Below are positions 59,955 through 64,000 of a DNA stretch of 64,000 bases, in pieces. The stretch comes from Thermoproteota archaeon (GTDB lineage Archaea; Korarchaeota; Korarchaeia; Korarchaeales; Korarchaeaceae): contig JALSOH010000004.1 in assembly GCA_026986575.1 (NCBI GenBank), forward strand, positions 256,001 through 320,000, given 5' to 3'. Each line of letters begins with the position of its first letter. The stretch's first letter is position 1. The notes under the pieces were generated by a model. That model saw nothing but the letters and a program-made list of their open reading frames with translations. It searched no databases and was not told where the DNA came from. The translations under genes were made by a program, and so were the position numbers.

Positions 59955-60067
59955 ACTTGCACCCCCTAGAACGGGTTGGGTCGGGGGACCTTCAACAGTT
60001 AAAAGCATTACTGTACAGGGAACTCCGCACAGGTTGCTGGATCCCGATCTCCAAGGAGGCATTCGAT

Positions 60068-61363
60068 ATGGAGAAGCGGAATATCATAATACTCTCACTG
60101 GTTGGATTCGTCATATCCCTGGGATTCGGTGCTATATCTCCAATCCTCCCCTACTACGTGGTCTACTTGGAGGGAGGGATAACTGAGCTCCCCGAGGAAC
60201 TGGGCGTCATCGAGCATGCCTCCCAGTACGCCGTGGAGTATGGTCTGATGATGTCCGCGTTCATGCTAACCCGGGCCTTCTTCGCTAGGTACTTCGGCTC
60301 CCTCAGCGATAGAGTTGGAAGGAAGAAGTTGATAACAGCAGGCTCGATCATATATTCGCTTCTGGCCTATGCGTACATCCTTTCCTCGAGCGTTTACGAC
60401 CTTTATGCTATCAGAGGCCTTCAGGGAATTGCTTCAGCCATGGTCTGGCCCGTCGCCGAGGCATTGCTGATGGACAGCGTTCCGAGCGGGATGAGGGGGA
60501 GATCCATGGCGATATACATGACCTTGACGAATCTAGCAATGATTGGGGGTCCAGCCATAGGCGTGGGTATCTACAAATTAGGTATCCACATATTGGGGAT
60601 AAGAGAGGTTGAACAGGCGCTCAAGTTCCCTTTCATCGGCTTAGCGTTTATATCGGCGTTCTCCATTCTCTTCTCTTTACTACTCAAAGAAGATAGAGTG
60701 GAACTCGCTAAAAAGGCGATGGATTCGCTCAGAGCAGATGTCAGACCTCCCAAATCCATCAGAAGAAGCATAAACACGATTTATGTTATGGCATTGGCTA
60801 ACGGATTTGCGATGGGATTCATAGCCCCAATAATGAGCCTCTACATAATACAATTCATTTCGTCGGACCCGGCCGCAATTGCAGTGGTCACCACGATCTC
60901 TGGGCTCTTTGGATTAGCAGCTGCCTACCCTGGAGGGAGGTTGAGTGACAGATTTGGGCGGAAACCACTGATCTTGATAGCTGGGGTCTTCTCACGTCTC
61001 ATGACCCTGCTTATACCCACCGCTAGAGATGTCGAGGGACTCACAGTCATATCCACCATCAGATCCGTCGCATTCAACATGTACATACCCTCGTTTAGAG
61101 CGCTCCAGGCTGATATAGCCCCAAAGAGCATAAGGGGGAAGGTGTTCGGGACAGTGCAAGCTATGTTCAATGTTGGAGCGGTTTTGGGACCGATAGTTGG
61201 CGGCCAGCTCTACAAAGACTTCGCTCCTCGGATCATACAGGTTGGGGGTATCGTCCTACCGGGTGCCGCGCTATCTTTCATAGCCAGCGCTTCCATCGGA
61301 TTGTTCAGTCTGCTATTGTTCGCTCTGTTCGTGGAAGAGCCAGCTAATCCCCAAGGACAGTAA
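60068..61363 (+). CDS. MFS transporter (start moved to ATG 60068)
   Basis: GSLSDRVGRK and GRLSDRFGRK motif A, about 12 TM helices, AAGGAGG SD. Confidence 0.9.
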   Translation: MEKRNIIILSLVGFVISLGFGAISPILPYYVVYLEGGITELPEELGVIEHASQYAVEYGLMMSAFMLTRAFFARYFGSLSDRVGRKKLITAGSIIYSLLAYAYILSSSVYDLYAIRGLQGIASAMVWPVAEALLMDSVPSGMRGRSMAIYMTLTNLAMIGGPAIGVGIYKLGIHILGIREVEQALKFPFIGLAFISAFSILFSLLLKEDRVELAKKAMDSLRADVRPPKSIRRSINTIYVMALANGFAMGFIAPIMSLYIIQFISSDPAAIAVVTTISGLFGLAAAYPGGRLSDRFGRKPLILIAGVFSRLMTLLIPTARDVEGLTVISTIRSVAFNMYIPSFRALQADIAPKSIRGKVFGTVQAMFNVGAVLGPIVGGQLYKDFAPRIIQVGGIVLPGAALSFIASASIGLFSLLLFALFVEEPANPQGQ

Positions 61364-61748
61364 CTATTACCTTTCTAGTGCGTGGATGGGTGTCCACTTC
61401 AACCCATATGATGCTCTGCCAAGTTCCCAATGCTAGAGATCCGCCGATCACAGGGAACACCTTACTGGGTTCCATTAGGATGGATCTGAGATGGGAATGC
61501 GCATTTATAGGGTGCTTGTATCCAGCGCCACGGGGGATGATCCTCTCAAGGGCCTCACTTAAATCCTCTAGCAGGGATGGATCGTTCTCGTTGATTATAA
61601 TGGCCCCGGTAGCGTGGGGCGCAAAGACCACGGCTATTCCATCTCTAATTCCGCTCTTCTCAACTATCTCCTGAACATTATCTGTTATATCGATGAAGTT
61701 GATCTCCCCGCCCGTCTTGAATGAGAAGGTAGATGTAACTACCTTCAA
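61344..61748 (-). CDS. yjbQ: YjbQ/UPF0047 family protein (likely TTG start 61748)
   Basis: PHATG.I.INE, NAHSH, LGTWQ; GAGGTGA SD. Confidence 0.9.
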   Translation of the reverse strand: MKVVTSTFSFKTGGEINFIDITDNVQEIVEKSGIRDGIAVVFAPHATGAIIINENDPSLLEDLSEALERIIPRGAGYKHPINAHSHLRSILMEPSKVFPVIGGSLALGTWQSIIWVEVDTHPRTRKVIVTVLGD

Positions 61749-61793
61749 GGTCCACTCACCTCGCACCCAAAACGCGGTAAAATGTAAATCTTC

Positions 61794-62495
61794 ATGGGGG
61801 TTCCACAGCCTGTGGGGCTGAGGGAAGAGGCTCTGAGGAGCATCCACCTCCTAGTGAGCGGTAGATGGGACAGGATCCCAGACAGCCTCCTCTCATACTT
61901 CGAGGAGGAGCTAGGAGGGGAGGACCCATGCGGAGACCCAGTTGGAGTGGCCTTTCTCCTCATAAAACTCGGGGTGAGCCCCGAGAAAGCGATAGCGCTC
62001 CTCGATTGGAAGGATTTCGAGGGATTATGCGAGAGAGGACTTCAAATATCCGGATTTTCCACTAAGAGAGGTCTTCGATTCACACTACAAGGAAAGAGGT
62101 ATGAGATAGATGTAGTGGCTTCCGACAATGAGGTGACACTGGCTCTCGATTGCAAGATGTGGTCGAAGGGAAGCTCTCCCAAGGTTTACAAAATACTTGA
62201 GGCTACCGAGCACCAATATATGAGGACAATAGCCCTGAAACAAGCTATTGAACGACGCTTATTAGAGGATGTTCATCCAAAGCCAGGACATGGTGTCCTA
62301 GTACCGTGTGTCGTCACTTGGCTAGATTTCGGCACCAAACTATCTAAATCAGGTGTCCCCATAGTCCCGATTTCCAAGTTCCCTTCCTTCGTGAACGACA
62401 TCAGATCCTTCTTAGAAGGGATAGCTGCCTTGGAGGCCAATTTCAGGGTTAAGATTGGGAGAGAAGCTTCCTCACAGCATCGGTTACCCCTCTGA
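61794..62495 (+). CDS. PD-(D/E)XK nuclease, Mrr-catalytic-like
   Basis: LDWKDFE, EIDVVA, DCK.W. Confidence 0.75.
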   Translation: MGVPQPVGLREEALRSIHLLVSGRWDRIPDSLLSYFEEELGGEDPCGDPVGVAFLLIKLGVSPEKAIALLDWKDFEGLCERGLQISGFSTKRGLRFTLQGKRYEIDVVASDNEVTLALDCKMWSKGSSPKVYKILEATEHQYMRTIALKQAIERRLLEDVHPKPGHGVLVPCVVTWLDFGTKLSKSGVPIVPISKFPSFVNDIRSFLEGIAALEANFRVKIGREASSQHRLPL

Positions 62496-63771
62496 GGCTC
62501 ACAGTCGTTCTCGCCTGCTCCGTGTAGAGCGTGACGGTTTCGGATTCTTCCTCCTTGGGACCCACGAACGCCATGATTTCAGCCCCCAATTTACGAGCGT
62601 ACTCCCTCTGACCTGACTGGCTCCTTCTCATCAGATCGAGGGAAACGTAGAACCCTCCTCTCCTCAGAATCTCAGCGACCCTCCAAGCGTATTTCCAGCT
62701 ATCCCTCTTGACGCTGATCACGAACACCTGCACGTAACTCCTCTCATCCAAGTTGAAGATCCCGAGCTCCAGTCCAGCATCGATGAGTCGCTCAACGCCC
62801 ACGCTCACTCCAGTAGCCGGGACATCTCTGTTAGAGTACATGCCAATTAGCCTGTCGTATCTTCCACCCCCGGCCAGTGAACCTATTCTGGGCTCCCTAA
62901 CCACTGTCTCGAACACAGGTCCGGTGTAGTACTCAAGACCTCTAACCAGCGACAGGTCGAAGATCAGTCTCTCATCACCTACTATAGAGAAGATCTCCTC
63001 CAAGTGTTTGAGTGCCTCGGAAACAGCTTCATTCCTCATCGAGCTCAAACCCTCGACCATTTCGGAGAACCGGCCCCTCTTGGAGATGAGGTCCATTATT
63101 CTATCGACCAGATCCTCATGCATTCCCTTAGATAGGAGCTCTGCCCTCACTCCTCCTTCACCGATCTTGTCCAGCTTATCTATAGATCTGTAGACGGGGA
63201 TCGGATTGGAAATACCGAGTTCCTCCTCGAAGACGCCCGTTAGGAGCCGTCTGTCGTTCAATTTCACTGTGAAATCCCTGAAACCGAATTCCCTCATTAC
63301 CTCGATGTTCAGGCTTATCACCTCGGCGTCGGCCTCGGGATAGGGGCTGCCCACCACATCCGCATCGCACTGCCAGAATTCCCTGTACCTACCTCTCTGA
63401 GGTTCCTCGTGCCTCCATACTCTCCCTATGTGATACCTCTTGAACGGTAAAGGCGTCTCCGGGTGCATGGCCATGTACCTAGCTAGGGGAAAGGTAAGCT
63501 CGTACCTCAAGGTGTACCACTCCTTGCTGAGGAAGTCCGGAAATATGAACATGAGCCGGCTCTCTGCCTCCTCACCCAATTTGCCCTTGACGGTCTCCCA
63601 GTACTCCAATGCGGGAGTCTCGAACGGGTCGAAGCCGTAGCGCTTGAACACCTCCTCTATCCTCGACATGATTCGCTTCCTTAGGATCATAAATGGAGGG
63701 GGGAAGTCCCTGAACCCCCTCGGTATTGAGACCAAAATTTTCCACCCTAGGCTGCGAGCACCTGCTCCCAT
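62449..63771 (-). CDS. hisS: Histidine--tRNA ligase
   Basis: PRGFRDF, LRYELT, GRYREFWQCD, RGLEYYTG, GGGRYD. Confidence 0.96.
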   Translation of the reverse strand: MGAGARSLGWKILVSIPRGFRDFPPPFMILRKRIMSRIEEVFKRYGFDPFETPALEYWETVKGKLGEEAESRLMFIFPDFLSKEWYTLRYELTFPLARYMAMHPETPLPFKRYHIGRVWRHEEPQRGRYREFWQCDADVVGSPYPEADAEVISLNIEVMREFGFRDFTVKLNDRRLLTGVFEEELGISNPIPVYRSIDKLDKIGEGGVRAELLSKGMHEDLVDRIMDLISKRGRFSEMVEGLSSMRNEAVSEALKHLEEIFSIVGDERLIFDLSLVRGLEYYTGPVFETVVREPRIGSLAGGGRYDRLIGMYSNRDVPATGVSVGVERLIDAGLELGIFNLDERSYVQVFVISVKRDSWKYAWRVAEILRRGGFYVSLDLMRRSQSGQREYARKLGAEIMAFVGPKEEESETVTLYTEQARTTVSLRGVTDAVRKLLSQS

Positions 63772-64000
63772 ATATCGTTGATCTTGGCTCTCTTCTCGTC
63801 GGTCATCACTGGAGATAGATACAACCTCTTCATGAGGTCAGGTGGAGGTATGAGAGCGGGCTCCTCAGCCAGCTCAGACGGGAGGAGCTTCTTGGTTGCC
63901 GGTATGGGCATCGCTATGTAGACGGAGATCGTCTTGTAAGCCGCCACCAGCGGATCTATGAGGTAGTTTATGAGAGCTTGGGCGGCCTCCGGATTAGGAG
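63747..64000 (-). CDS. PotD-like ABC substrate-binding protein, 3' part
   Basis: PNPEAAQALINYLIDP...P.L.PP...W C-terminus; runs off window. Confidence 0.7.
   Translation of the reverse strand, partial: PNPEAAQALINYLIDPLVAAYKTISVYIAMPIPATKKLLPSELAEEPALIPPPDLMKRLYLSPVMTDEKRAKINDIWEQVLAA

Noticed and set aside
479-63640. Many short antisense or out-of-frame ORFs in the track, including 38259-38750, 38810-39025, 44076-44609 and the 59867-60067 MFS extension
   Set aside because: Shadows of well-supported genes or RNAs with no protein motifs
1-64000. CRISPR array, cas genes, rRNA or IS transposase
   Set aside because: No regularly spaced repeats or recognisable motifs seen by eye

Overview
Archaeal chromosomal window, most consistent with a Korarchaeota-like thermophile (crenactin, short crenarchaeal-type XPF next to a multi-OB zinc-finger RPA, AsnRS, TrpB2, GGAGGTGA/GGGGTG Shine-Dalgarno sites); the taxonomy is inferred, not searched. 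Most of the window is housekeeping: A-type ATP synthase, two 2-oxoacid:ferredoxin oxidoreductase operons, asnS, hisS, a Liv-type ABC transporter, a transcarbamylase with carbamate kinase, isoprenoid enzymes, three tRNAs (Leu-UAA, Pro-UGG, intron-containing Met-CAU) and two candidate box C/D sRNAs. About 9.85-20.85 kb is a visibly AT-richer, decayed integrative, probably conjugative, element with frameshifted tyrosine integrase, TraG/VirD4-like ATPase, AAA+ helicase and Schlafen-domain genes. Inside it one module is intact: an AbrB-like regulator divergent from a ParB-HTH-DUF488 fusion and its partner gene, separated by two identical palindromes 30 bp apart. Other main observations: a RuBisCO homolog lacking its catalytic KDDE motif; a Trp-containing leader minigene (MGDLVWP*) with its own SD upstream of trpB2; an OTC-like enzyme with Asn at the ornithine-binding Asp; and a single-chain aconitase X. 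All family calls come from motif recognition by eye; no databases were run.
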